From Dehalococcoidia bacterium (GTDB lineage Bacteria > Chloroflexota > Dehalococcoidia > Lucifugimonadales > UBA3495), in assembly GCA_965261925.1 (NCBI GenBank), contig OZ253486.1, forward strand, positions 2,520,623-2,584,622: 64,000 nucleotides of DNA, read 5' to 3'. The translations under genes were made by a program, and so were the position numbers. Numbering within the stretch: position 1 is the stretch's first letter; every line of letters starts with the position of its first letter. The notes below the pieces were generated by a model. The model made no database searches. It had not been told where the DNA came from and saw only the letters and a program-made list of their open reading frames with translations. Of the stretch, positions 36,723 through 46,018 are shown one piece after another.

Positions 36723-37895
36723 ATGGAGTTCCAGCTCAGCACAGAAGACGCAGCGTTCCAGAGTAACCTGCAACAGTTTATCGCCGACGAATACGTCCCG
36801 GAATGGGAATTGGGAGAACGGGCCTCCACCGAGGAAAATTGGCAGCGGACCCTGGACGTGCGGCGCAAGCTGGCTGACCATGGGTGGCTGACCATGCACT
36901 GGCCGGAAGAGTACGGAGGCCAGAAGGCATCCCCGGTTCGTACGGCCATCTTCAACGAAGCGATGACATACCATCGTGCTCCGGGGCGAGACAACTTCGG
37001 CGTCAGGATGATGGGCGCGACGTTGATGATCCACGGTACCGACGATCAGAAAGCCGAGCACCTGCCGCCCGTAGCCAAGGGCGAGGTCCAGTGGTGTCAG
37101 GGTTACAGCGAGCCGGAATCGGGCTCCGACCTGGCATCGTTGAGCACGCGCGCCATCCGAGATGGTGACGAGTTCGTGGTCAACGGCAGCAAGATCTGGA
37201 CATCCATGGGTCACCGGGGCGACTGGATTATGCTGTTGACCCGGACCGACACCGATGCGCCCAAACACCGGGGAATCAGCTTCTTCCTGGTTGATATGAA
37301 AACGCCCGGGATCGAGGTCCGACCGATCATCAACATGGGCGGCCGGCACGAGTTCAACCAGGTGATTTTCGATAACGTTCGAGTTCCAGCGCGGAACATC
37401 GTAGGAGAGGAGAATCGTGGTTGGTACGTTGCGGTGACGTTGCTGGACTTTGAGCGGTCGGGCATCGATTACTCAGCGGCGGCCCGGCGTCATCTCGACG
37501 ATACGCGCCAGTGGGCGGACGGCATCAGCAGGAACGGCAAGCCGCTCAGCCAGGAACCGTGGGTGCGCAACGTGCTGGCGGACCGGTATATCGAGTGCGA
37601 GGTGGCACGACTGATCGCGTACAACGTGGCCTGGATGCAGGGCGAGGGGCTGGTGCCCAACAAGGAAGCCTCAATGTCCAAAGTGTTCGGCAGCGAGACG
37701 GTGCAGCGAACCACGGCTTCCTGCCTGGAGGTCATGGGGATGTACGGCGGTTTGCGGGACGACAAATGGACGCCGATGGAAGCGGATATGCAGGAGCACT
37801 GGCTCCGCGCGTTCTCCCACACCATAGCCGCCGGCACCAGCGAGGTCCAACGCAATATCATCGCATCCCGCGGACTGGGCCTCCCCCGAGGTTAG
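36723..37895 (+). CDS. Acyl-CoA dehydrogenase
   Basis: ...CQGYSEPESGSDLASLSTRA... and C-terminal ...IAAGTSEVQRNII. AGGAG RBS before ATG 36723. Confidence 0.9.
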   Translation: MEFQLSTEDAAFQSNLQQFIADEYVPEWELGERASTEENWQRTLDVRRKLADHGWLTMHWPEEYGGQKASPVRTAIFNEAMTYHRAPGRDNFGVRMMGATLMIHGTDDQKAEHLPPVAKGEVQWCQGYSEPESGSDLASLSTRAIRDGDEFVVNGSKIWTSMGHRGDWIMLLTRTDTDAPKHRGISFFLVDMKTPGIEVRPIINMGGRHEFNQVIFDNVRVPARNIVGEENRGWYVAVTLLDFERSGIDYSAAARRHLDDTRQWADGISRNGKPLSQEPWVRNVLADRYIECEVARLIAYNVAWMQGEGLVPNKEASMSKVFGSETVQRTTASCLEVMGMYGGLRDDKWTPMEADMQEHWLRAFSHTIAAGTSEVQRNIIASRGLGLPRG

Positions 37896-37914
37896 CTATT
37901 ACCGTTGATGCCTG

Positions 37915-38109
37915 GTGGATGTCGGCGCACGCGGAATGCAGTTGCCGGGTTCCGTCAGCGGGCTGGTTGAACGAGACAAGTATGCCGTCGATAGGCTTCT
38001 GAATATTCCGCACGGCCGCGATCTTGCCGTCAGGACAGTCTGGATAATCGAAACTAGAGAAACCCGGCCCAGGTTGGTCACGGCGTACCCGAGTGTGAGG
38101 CAGAAATGA
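37915..38109 (+). CDS. Short DUF6883-like protein (possible toxin-antitoxin partner)
   Basis: C-terminal ...VRTVWIIETRETRPRLVTAYP matches my memory of the DUF6883 C-terminus. Only 64 codons are available after the upstream stop. The stop overlaps the next ATG (ATGA). Confidence 0.35.
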   Translation: MDVGARGMQLPGSVSGLVERDKYAVDRLLNIPHGRDLAVRTVWIIETRETRPRLVTAYPSVRQK

Positions 38110-38339
38110 TCTCAGAACACGATCGCGTTGTGCTCATTTCAGACATCGTCGGCGAAGCGGTTAGGGCTGGTGACGTCGGCACTGTGGTGCATATTTATCC
38201 TCAGCATGCCGCATATGAAGTGGAGTTTTTCTCGCTGGACGGGCAAACGTTCACCGTGGCCACAGTCGAGCGGACACTGGTTCGACCGGTGAATGGATTG
38301 GATGTTGCCCATGCCAGGACCGTTTCTGCGTCGGCCTGA
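38106..38339 (+). CDS. DUF4926-domain protein
   Basis: ...DRVVLISDIVGEAVRAGDVGTVVHIYPQHAAYEVEFFSLDGQT..., an SH3-like pattern typical of DUF4926. Confidence 0.55.
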   Translation: MISEHDRVVLISDIVGEAVRAGDVGTVVHIYPQHAAYEVEFFSLDGQTFTVATVERTLVRPVNGLDVAHARTVSASA

Positions 38340-38376
38340 GCCAGCGTTGGCTTGATCTCCCGCGACTAACACCAAA

Positions 38377-39180
38377 TTGGATGGTTCCGTGATGCCCGAT
38401 GACTCCGCCAGCCAACCCGTTCTGTACGCTCTTGATTCCGAGGGGGTCGCCACCCTGACCCTGAACAACCCGGAGCGGCGCAACGCGCTGTCGTCGCCGA
38501 CGCTGGAAGCATTGGAAGGCTTGCTGGCGCAGATGGCCGGCGACCCGGCGGTGCGTGTCGTGGTACTGCGCTCGGAAGGGCCGGTGTTCAGCTCGGGACA
38601 CGACCTGAATGAGCTCGTCGACGGCGACGCCGATGACTACACCCCGGTGTTTGAAGCCTGCGCCCGGGTGATGGAGGGGATCCGGCTGCTTCCCAAACCG
38701 GTGATCGCGCAGGTGCAGGGTCTGGCCACGGCGGCCGGATGCCAACTGGTGGCGACCTGCGACATCGCGGTGGCAGCTGACACGGCGGCGTTTGCCACGC
38801 CGGGCGTGCAGATCGGCCTGTTCTGCACCACGCCGGGAGTTGCGGTGGCGCGGTCGGTGATGCCGAAAAAGGCGATGGAGATGCTGCTGACGGGGCGTCC
38901 GATTTCGGCGCAGGAAGCGTTGGAGTTCGGACTCATCAGCAGGATTGCGCCAGCGGACCAGTTGGGAGAACAAGTTACGGAGTTGGCGCAGCAAATAGCG
39001 TCGGCCAGCGCGCACACATTGGCGTTGGGCAAGTCGGCGTTTTACCAGCAGATTGAAATGGACCGGCCATCCGCGTACCAGTTTGCCAGCAAGGTCATGG
39101 TGGACAACCTGCTTGCGGACGATGCCAAAGAGGGCATTTCGGCGTTCCTAGAAAAGCGGCAACCGGTGTGGACGACCTGA
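38377..39180 (+). CDS. Enoyl-CoA hydratase/isomerase (crotonase family)
   Basis: ...LTLNNPERRNAL..., FSSGHDLNEL, VIAQVQGLATAAGCQLV. These are crotonase-fold oxyanion-hole segments. Confidence 0.9.
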   Translation: MDGSVMPDDSASQPVLYALDSEGVATLTLNNPERRNALSSPTLEALEGLLAQMAGDPAVRVVVLRSEGPVFSSGHDLNELVDGDADDYTPVFEACARVMEGIRLLPKPVIAQVQGLATAAGCQLVATCDIAVAADTAAFATPGVQIGLFCTTPGVAVARSVMPKKAMEMLLTGRPISAQEALEFGLISRIAPADQLGEQVTELAQQIASASAHTLALGKSAFYQQIEMDRPSAYQFASKVMVDNLLADDAKEGISAFLEKRQPVWTT

Positions 39181-39198
39181 CGGTCACCAGAGGAAATC

Positions 39199-39717
39199 AT
39201 GGCACTGAAAGAGTTTATCAAGGGGTCGTTCGACGCCAATTGGGAGTGGCTGGTCCGTTATGTTGACGGGCTGACCCAGGAGGAGATCGAGTTCGTTCCC
39301 AACGAGCAGTGCCACTCAATCGGGTTCATCGTGTGGCATTATGGGCGGGCGTTAGACATGTGGGTCCAGTCGCTGGCGAAGCAAGAGCCACAGCTCTACG
39401 AACGGGAGTGGGCGGAGCGTCTCGGCTTCGCGCCGGAGCCGATGAACGTAGGGTTCGGCTACAGCGTCGAGGACCTGGTCAGTTGGCATTGTCCCGGGAA
39501 GGCCCTGTTGATGGAGTACGCCGATGTGGCCCGCAACAACCTGCTCGATTTTCTGAGCGGGCACGACGACGACACGCTGGTGAGCACCCAGATGACCAAC
39601 CGCCGGGGCGAGGGCATGGCGGTGGCGGACATGTTCCGCCTGCTCATCTGGGAGGTGAACCAGCACGGCGGCCAGGCCGGCTACCTGCGAGGGATGCAGC
39701 GCGGCCTGAACCAGTAG
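39199..39717 (+). CDS. DinB-family protein
   Basis: Four-helix DinB pattern with a His triad context: ..HSIGFIVWHYGRALDMW.. and ..WEVNQHGGQAGYLRG.. Confidence 0.7.
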   Translation: MALKEFIKGSFDANWEWLVRYVDGLTQEEIEFVPNEQCHSIGFIVWHYGRALDMWVQSLAKQEPQLYEREWAERLGFAPEPMNVGFGYSVEDLVSWHCPGKALLMEYADVARNNLLDFLSGHDDDTLVSTQMTNRRGEGMAVADMFRLLIWEVNQHGGQAGYLRGMQRGLNQ

Positions 39718-39790
39718 ACCAGTGAAGATCGATGGCGTTGGGGGCGAATTACCGTTCGCCCCTACTCTTTTTACGCACGGAGGCACCAGA

Positions 39791-40975
39791 ATGGCATCCA
39801 GCAGCCTGCGATACCGTTATAACCCGCTGCACCAGGACATTATCTGCGCGGAGACTGCGATCAACGACCTGGCGGCGACGGTGGACAGCCTCGGCGCCAG
39901 CCGGGCGATGATAACCTGCGGGCCCACGATTCTGTCGGCTTGCGACGTGGTACCGCGCGTCCAGGAGGCGCTGGGATCGAGATACGTTGGGACGTATTCG
40001 GGTGTAGCGCCCCATTCGCCGGTGGACACTGTCGAAGCCGGTGCAGCGATGGCGCAGGAGACCCAGCCGGACATCTTCATCAGCGTCGGCGGCGGCAGCA
40101 CCCACGACACTACCAAGGCGATGGCCGTGCTTCTCGCGGAGGGTGGCGACATTCGCGACTATGCCATCATCTTTGAGCCGCCGGACAAGATCACGGTGCC
40201 GCCCACACCGTCGCCCAAGCTCCCAATCCTGAGCGTGCCGACCACCATGGGATGCGCGGAGTTCAGCCGTGGCGGGGGCGGCGTGACTGACCACAGCCAG
40301 GGGCGCAAGCTCAGCATCGCGGGGGATGGGGTGACCCATCGCACGGTGGTCATCGATGGCCAGGCGCTGGCAACCACGCCGCTGCGCATCCTCGTATCCA
40401 CGGCAATCGGCCAGCTCCGCATCGCGGTTGAAACGGTGTATTCCACGGGTCACAATCCGATTGGCGACGGCATGGCTCTGCACGCAATCCGCCTGCTGTT
40501 TGAAAACTTGCCCCGTTGCAAGGACGGCGACATCGACACGCTGCTGGCCACCAAGACCGCCTGCGCCATGGCGTCGTTGGCGTCCTTTGGCGGGCTTGGG
40601 TTGAACACCGCCACCTGTCATCACGTGGGCGGGTTGTATGACGTGCCCCACGGCGAGGCCAACGCGATCCTCCTACCTCACACCATGCGGTACAACCTGG
40701 ACGCGTGCGCCGACCGTCAACGGCTGATCGCGGAGGCCATTGGGGTCGCCAGCAGCACGATGACGGACGAGGAAGCCGGGTTGGCCGCCGCCGACGCGGT
40801 GGACGGATTGTGCCGGGAGCTGGAATTGCCGCGCACTCTGCGAGAGGTGGGCGTTCCCGAGGACGGGCTGGAGTACATCGCGACGGCCACGCTGCAAGAC
40901 CGGAGCCTGAGCACCAACCCCAAGCCCGTCATCGACGCCGGGCCGATCATGGAAGTGCTGGGCGCGGCCTACTGA
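39791..40975 (+). CDS. Iron-containing alcohol dehydrogenase family (maleylacetate reductase-like)
   Basis: SVGGGSTHDTTKA motif and His-rich metal site ..CHHVGGLYDVPHGEAN.. GGAGG RBS before ATG 39791. Confidence 0.8.
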   Translation: MASSSLRYRYNPLHQDIICAETAINDLAATVDSLGASRAMITCGPTILSACDVVPRVQEALGSRYVGTYSGVAPHSPVDTVEAGAAMAQETQPDIFISVGGGSTHDTTKAMAVLLAEGGDIRDYAIIFEPPDKITVPPTPSPKLPILSVPTTMGCAEFSRGGGGVTDHSQGRKLSIAGDGVTHRTVVIDGQALATTPLRILVSTAIGQLRIAVETVYSTGHNPIGDGMALHAIRLLFENLPRCKDGDIDTLLATKTACAMASLASFGGLGLNTATCHHVGGLYDVPHGEANAILLPHTMRYNLDACADRQRLIAEAIGVASSTMTDEEAGLAAADAVDGLCRELELPRTLREVGVPEDGLEYIATATLQDRSLSTNPKPVIDAGPIMEVLGAAY

Positions 40976-40983
40976 CGGGCAAT

Positions 40984-42960
40984 CTATAGGTTCTCGATCT
41001 GCACGGGTTCCACCGGGTCGGCGAGGTCGAAGCGGAAGACCCGGGAATAGAAGTAGAGCTCGGCTTCCAGGGCGCGCTTGATGTTTTGGGCGCGGCGGAA
41101 GCCGTGCTGCTCGCCTTCGAAGGGCAGATAGGCGCACGGGATGCCCTTGGACCGCACGGCGGCGAACATCATCTCGGCCTGATTGGGCGGGACGATACGG
41201 TCTTCCAATCCCTGGAAAAGGATGATTGGACAGGACAGTCCTTCGGGGTGGTGGATCGGTGAGCGGGTTCGATAGGTCTCGGCCCCCTCGGGGTAGGGAG
41301 CGACCAGGCGGTCGAGATAACGCGACTCGAACTTATGGGTATCCTCAGCCAGGGCGGTGAGGTCGGAAACACCGTAGTAGCTGGCGCCGGCGGCAAACAC
41401 GTTGCGGAAGGCCAGCGCGGCCAGGGTGGTATAGCCGCCGGCGCTGCCGCCCCGGATGGCCAGTCGGCTGCCGTCGGCCAGGTGCTGGTGTACCAGGTGC
41501 AGGGCGGCGTTGGCGCAGTCGTCCACGTCAACGACGCCCCAGTTTCCGTTGAGCAGTTGCCGGTAGGCCCGGCCGTATCCGACGCTGCCGCCGTAATCGA
41601 CGTCCACGACGGCGAACCCCCGGGTCGTCCAGTATTGAACGGACAGTTCGAGGGCGCCGGACGCGGCCGCCGTCGGACCGCCGTGGCTGAGGGTCAGCAG
41701 CGGGGGCAGGGTACCGTCAGGCGCAGCGTACTCCGGGTTCCGTGGCGCATAGTACAAAGCGTGAGCGGGGCGGCCGTCGGTGGACGGGAATTCGATGGTT
41801 TGGGCGGGCGAGATGTAGTCGTCGGAGATCTCGGCGGTGGATGACTGGCGCACGGTGTCCCATTCGCCGGTGCGAAGGTTGGCTCGAATCAGGGACAAAG
41901 GACGGGTGGAGTCGCCGGCGATTACCGCGGCAGTGATTCCGGACACGGCCAGATCGCCTCGGCCCATCTCGCCGGCCGGGACGTTGACGGGTCTCATGGC
42001 GCCGGTGCCGGGGTCCAGCAGGTTCAGTGACCACGCGCCGCGACGGTTGATGGCGCAGACGATATTGCCGTTGGCCGCAAAGCCGTAGGTGTGGGAACCG
42101 AACACCCATTGGGGACGAGCGTATTCCGCGTCATCGGGATGGAGAGGCTCCGCGCCGTCGTTACCGAGTCGATAGAGGTTCCACCAGCCCGATTGATCGG
42201 CCACGAAGTGCAGAACGCCGTCGGGCGACCACTCGGGTTGGCACACGGACACGGCATCCCCGCCAGCAACCAGCGTGGCGTCGCCCAAGGTGCCGTCGTC
42301 CAGCACGGGAGCGGTCCAGAGATGCGTGCCGTCCCAAGGCATGTTGGGATGGTTCCAGGACATCCAGGCCAGGGTGGAGCCATCGGGGCTCAGTCGCGGC
42401 GAGGACACGAAGTCCCAACCATCAAAGAGGACGGTCTGCTCGCCCGGACCGTCGGCGGGTACGGCAGCGACGGTGTTGACGATGTTGTCGGGGTCGGAAT
42501 GATCCTCGCGGACGCAGATGAGGCGGTCGCGCGCGCGGTCGAGCACGGCGTCGGCGTAGCGCAACGGAGCGTCGGGAGTGATGGCACGAGCGTCTGCGCC
42601 GGGATCCTGGCGGTAGATGCGCTGGTCGTCGAAATTCGAGAACCACACGGTTCCGGCGTCGGCGAGCCAGGCACCACCGCCGTACTCGTGGACGCGGGTG
42701 CGGGCGTTGAATGGCGCCGGATTGACGTCGGAGACCGTGCCGTCCGGTTCCAGGCGGACGATGACGTAGCGCCCGCCTTCTGAAGGCCGGGACTCAGTCC
42801 AAAGGATGGCGGCGCCGTCGATTGCCACGCTGCCGATACCGATGGACTCAGCGACTATGGCGTCGGCGGTGATCGGCGAATGCCAGGAACCGTAGGGGGC
42901 GATGATTGGAGTTGGAGGGTTGGTCAAGGTAGGTCTCCGATCCTGCACGGTCAGGGCCAT
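40984..42960 (-). CDS. S9-family serine peptidase (prolyl oligopeptidase/acylaminoacyl-peptidase type)
   Basis: Beta-propeller N-domain. Nucleophile elbow GGSAGGYTT. C-terminal ...FEGEQHGF. Start is ATG 42960 or TTG 43020. Confidence 0.85.
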   Translation of the reverse strand: MALTVQDRRPTLTNPPTPIIAPYGSWHSPITADAIVAESIGIGSVAIDGAAILWTESRPSEGGRYVIVRLEPDGTVSDVNPAPFNARTRVHEYGGGAWLADAGTVWFSNFDDQRIYRQDPGADARAITPDAPLRYADAVLDRARDRLICVREDHSDPDNIVNTVAAVPADGPGEQTVLFDGWDFVSSPRLSPDGSTLAWMSWNHPNMPWDGTHLWTAPVLDDGTLGDATLVAGGDAVSVCQPEWSPDGVLHFVADQSGWWNLYRLGNDGAEPLHPDDAEYARPQWVFGSHTYGFAANGNIVCAINRRGAWSLNLLDPGTGAMRPVNVPAGEMGRGDLAVSGITAAVIAGDSTRPLSLIRANLRTGEWDTVRQSSTAEISDDYISPAQTIEFPSTDGRPAHALYYAPRNPEYAAPDGTLPPLLTLSHGGPTAAASGALELSVQYWTTRGFAVVDVDYGGSVGYGRAYRQLLNGNWGVVDVDDCANAALHLVHQHLADGSRLAIRGGSAGGYTTLAALAFRNVFAAGASYYGVSDLTALAEDTHKFESRYLDRLVAPYPEGAETYRTRSPIHHPEGLSCPIILFQGLEDRIVPPNQAEMMFAAVRSKGIPCAYLPFEGEQHGFRRAQNIKRALEAELYFYSRVFRFDLADPVEPVQIENL

Positions 42961-43024
42961 TTGGTTAGAGTCGTGGGAAATGATACGAGGAGGCGGCGGC
43001 AGGTCATCGGTTTGTGTCAAGAGG

Positions 43025-43075
43025 CATTGCTATGGCAACGAGATTGCCACGCTTCGCTCGCAATGACATTTGGGA
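43025..43075 (+). repeat. Interspersed structured repeat, copy e
   Basis: CATTGCtatGGCAAcgagaTTGCCacgcttcgctcGCAATGacatttggg. Nested inverted repeats CATTGC/GCAATG and GGCAA/TTGCC. Confidence 0.85.
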
Positions 43076-43108
43076 AAATGAACGGCATTGGGGATAACGA
43101 ATGTCCCT

Positions 43109-43147
43109 GACTGCGATGCCCAAATCGACTCAGGTCTGAACAGTTAC
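43109..43147 (+). mobile_element. Half-MITE (solo terminal fragment)
   Basis: GACTGCGATGCCCAAATCGACTCAGGTCTGAACAGTTAC matches the reverse complement of the left ~39 bp of the MITEs, including MITE-specific internal sequence. Confidence 0.6.
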
Positions 43148-43196
43148 CTCCTATCTGGTCAGCCGAGAATGGGCGTCGGGGGTTGCGACACGCAAA

Positions 43197-44075
43197 TCAG
43201 GCGACGGCCGGCATGACTTCAGCGGCCACGGTCTCCATGGCGGGGAAAACCACTTCGGGGTCGCCCGAGTACGGGGAAACCACGATGCGCGAGACGCCGA
43301 TGTCGGCGTACGCCCGGGCGTTGGCGCGCATTTCGGCGGGCTCGGTACCGAGGGCGAAGCGGCCCGGCCGTCCGCCCTGCAACGGGACACTGACCGAAAC
43401 TGGGATGGTGTCGGGGTCGCGGTCGGCGCGTTCGGCCTGCTCGTGCAGGTAGCGAATGCCCTGGGCCAGGTCCTCGGGCGGCATCGCTGTGGGGTGCCAA
43501 CCGTCGCCGTGGCGGGCGGCCCGGCGAATGGCGGCGCGGCTGGTGCCGCCGATGATAAGCGGGATGCCTTCCGCACGAACCGGACGCGGCGAAAACGCCA
43601 TGCCTTCAAATTGGAAGAACCGGCCATTGTGACGCGGGTCGTCGTCGCACCAGAGGGTTTTCATTATGTCAATGGACTCGTCAGTGTAGGGCCCGCGCTC
43701 GGCGAAGGGCACGCCCATGGCTTCCAGCTCGGTGTCGATCACGCCCACGCCGACGCCGAGGGCGACACGGCCGCCGGACAACTGGTCCAGCGTGGCGGCC
43801 TGCTTCGCCAGCCGCATCGGATTGTGGTAAGGCAGGACGAGCACGCTGGTGCCCAGGATGACCCGTTGAGTCTGGGCGGCGGCGAAGGTGAGGATGGTCA
43901 GCGGATCGTAGTAGGGCCGGGTTCCAATGCGCTCGTAAACGTAGCTGACGTTGAAAACGTGGTCACTGGCCCAAACCGAGTCGTAGCCGAGTTCCTCGGC
44001 GCGCGCCGCGACGCTGACGACATCCTGCACGTTGGTGAGACCCTGGTTGTTGGAGAGGGAAAAGCCGATGTTCAT
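43197..44075 (-). CDS. LLM-class (luciferase-like) F420/flavin-dependent oxidoreductase
   Basis: MNIGFSL...AEELGYDSVWASDH... TIM-barrel LLM pattern. Confidence 0.8.
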   Translation of the reverse strand: MNIGFSLSNNQGLTNVQDVVSVAARAEELGYDSVWASDHVFNVSYVYERIGTRPYYDPLTILTFAAAQTQRVILGTSVLVLPYHNPMRLAKQAATLDQLSGGRVALGVGVGVIDTELEAMGVPFAERGPYTDESIDIMKTLWCDDDPRHNGRFFQFEGMAFSPRPVRAEGIPLIIGGTSRAAIRRAARHGDGWHPTAMPPEDLAQGIRYLHEQAERADRDPDTIPVSVSVPLQGGRPGRFALGTEPAEMRANARAYADIGVSRIVVSPYSGDPEVVFPAMETVAAEVMPAVA

Positions 44076-44101
44076 GGGGGACCTCGCAGCGGGCGTGGGG
44101 A

Positions 44102-45052
44102 TCAGTCTTCGAAGAAGCGCCGGGGGTTGTCGACCATCATGGCCTGGACATCGGCGTCGGCAGCGCCCAACTCAATGAGGCGGGGCAGGACGTTGCGGCT
44201 GATGAACAGGTAGCCGTCAGGATTGAATTCCTCGCGTTCCCGGCGCAGGTCTTCCGAAGGCTGCACCACAGGGGTCGAATGGTCGTGGGACAGCATCAGG
44301 CGATGAGCCCAGCCGGCGTCGATGAGTTGCTTGACCACCTCGGTACGCCGCTCCCATTGAGGTGTCTCTGGGGTACGGCCACCGGGATAGCGGTCGAGGC
44401 CGAGCCACACGCCTTCCTCGAGGAGGCCGACCAGGTAACCGACATCGGTGTCGTCGTTGCTGTGGCCGATGTAGACCCGGTTGAGGTCAACGCCCTCCTC
44501 TCTCAAGATGCGCACCTGCTCCTCGCCGACCCGGTCGGGAGACCAGGTGTGGGTGCTGATGCGGGTACCGGTGGCGTTGCAGGCGCGTGCGGCGGCGCGC
44601 AGGATGATCTCCTCGTTTTCGGTGATGCCGCCCCGGTCGCTGGCAACCTTGATGATGCCGGCTTTCACGCCACTGTCCTCGATGCCCTCCTCGATTTCCT
44701 TGATGAACAGGGCGGCGACCCGATCCACGGGAGCGCCCCAGAAGATGCGCGGCACGGAGAGATGGTTCCCGGTGCAGGGGATGGCGTGGACACCGGAGCG
44801 CCGGCTGACCTCCTGCATCATGGCCACGTCGCGGCCAAGGTCGAAGGTGGTGACATCGATGATGGTGCGGACGCCGCCGGCGTGGGCTTCGGACAGGGCG
44901 GCCGTGGCCGCGTCGGCGATGGCCTGGCGGTCCTGGAACCCCGGGTAGGTTGCGGCCGCGCCGGCGGCGCCCAGGGTGATGTGCTCGTGGCTGAGAGTGA
45001 AACCCATATCGGCGGAGTCGATCGGGCCGAGGACGGTGTTGACTTGTGACAT
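44102..45052 (-). CDS. Phosphotriesterase-family (PTE/PHP) amidohydrolase
   Basis: ...MGFTLSHEHI (HxH metal site) and later H/D ligands. GGAGG RBS. Confidence 0.8.
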   Translation of the reverse strand: MSQVNTVLGPIDSADMGFTLSHEHITLGAAGAAATYPGFQDRQAIADAATAALSEAHAGGVRTIIDVTTFDLGRDVAMMQEVSRRSGVHAIPCTGNHLSVPRIFWGAPVDRVAALFIKEIEEGIEDSGVKAGIIKVASDRGGITENEEIILRAAARACNATGTRISTHTWSPDRVGEEQVRILREEGVDLNRVYIGHSNDDTDVGYLVGLLEEGVWLGLDRYPGGRTPETPQWERRTEVVKQLIDAGWAHRLMLSHDHSTPVVQPSEDLRREREEFNPDGYLFISRNVLPRLIELGAADADVQAMMVDNPRRFFED

Positions 45053-45067
45053 TCCGGTTGCCTCCGA

Positions 45068-45505
45068 CTATCCAAGGTGGACGATTTCGACGTTGCCCCA
45101 ATGGCGCTGGAAATGCTCGGCGAGGAGGCGCCGGTGGCATTGTTCCGGCTTGTCCTCGCTGCACAGCAGGCAACTGTCGGCGATTATATCCTGCGGGATG
45201 GCGGCGCGAATGAGCCGGCGCTCAATCAAGGAGTGGAAGATGGGTTCGTATTCCTCCCAGGTGACGCGCTTCCCCCGGTAATCATCCAGCAGCGCGTCGG
45301 TTGGCGACAGGCGGGGCAGATGGACGTAGTCCATGTCGCACAGTTCGCGAAGAAACCAGGGGAGGTCGCGCTTTTTGGAGAAGCCGGCCAGCCCCGAGGT
45401 GTTGCGGAGACGCACGTCGACGACTCTTTTGGCGCCGGATTCTCGCAGCAGGCCGAAGAAGTCGGCGGCGGATTTTTTGGTGAAACCGATGGTGTAGAGC
45501 TTCAC
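45068..45505 (-). CDS. DUF488-domain protein
   Basis: VKLYTIGFTKKSAADFFGLLRESGAKRVVDVRL... and C-terminal LLCSEDKPEQCHRRL. The GTG start overlaps the upstream stop (GTGA). Confidence 0.7.
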   Translation of the reverse strand: MKLYTIGFTKKSAADFFGLLRESGAKRVVDVRLRNTSGLAGFSKKRDLPWFLRELCDMDYVHLPRLSPTDALLDDYRGKRVTWEEYEPIFHSLIERRLIRAAIPQDIIADSCLLCSEDKPEQCHRRLLAEHFQRHWGNVEIVHLG

Positions 45506-45969
45506 AGCATGTCCTCCCATGGATCGTCGGTCGGCTGGAGGCTCGTGGTCACGTAGGCGAATTTCTGCGCCTGCCGGTCCAAGGCTTCTGCGATCACCTC
45601 AGTGCGGGACCGGAACATGTCGCCTTGCGGTGGCAGCTTGTGGATGTCTAACAGGCGGCCCATGACTTGGTCGTGGCTTTCGAGGGAACCATCGGCGAGG
45701 ATGTGGGCAACATCAACATCCCGGTCGGCCAGGCAGCGGGCCACCAACAGGGTTCGGTGGCATTCCAGAGGTTCCTTTTCGGTGCACAGAAGCGCGACGC
45801 AGTTTTGTTCTGCGCCGCGAATGACTCTGCGCAGGCCGTCGTCGAACGGGTCGGTTTCAGCCACCCGGTCGTACTGGACACGACCTTGGGCGTCATAGCA
45901 CGAGCGATCGACGGGTCGCCCGCCGAGCTCGCCGCCCAGATAGGCGTAGGTGATGCCAATGTCGTCGGT
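45502..45969 (-). pseudogene. 5'-truncated DUF488 paralogue
   Basis: The frame reads ...DDIGITYAYLGGELGGRP...ALLCTEKEPLECHRTLL... The N-terminal ~50 aa (IYTIGHS...VDVR segment) are missing. An in-frame stop at 46024-46026 lies inside the neighbouring ImmA gene end. Confidence 0.5.
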
Positions 45970-46018
45970 TAGATGTGGCGCCGGAAAAGGCGGGAATTCG
46001 AGTGGCCCTTTGAGCCTT

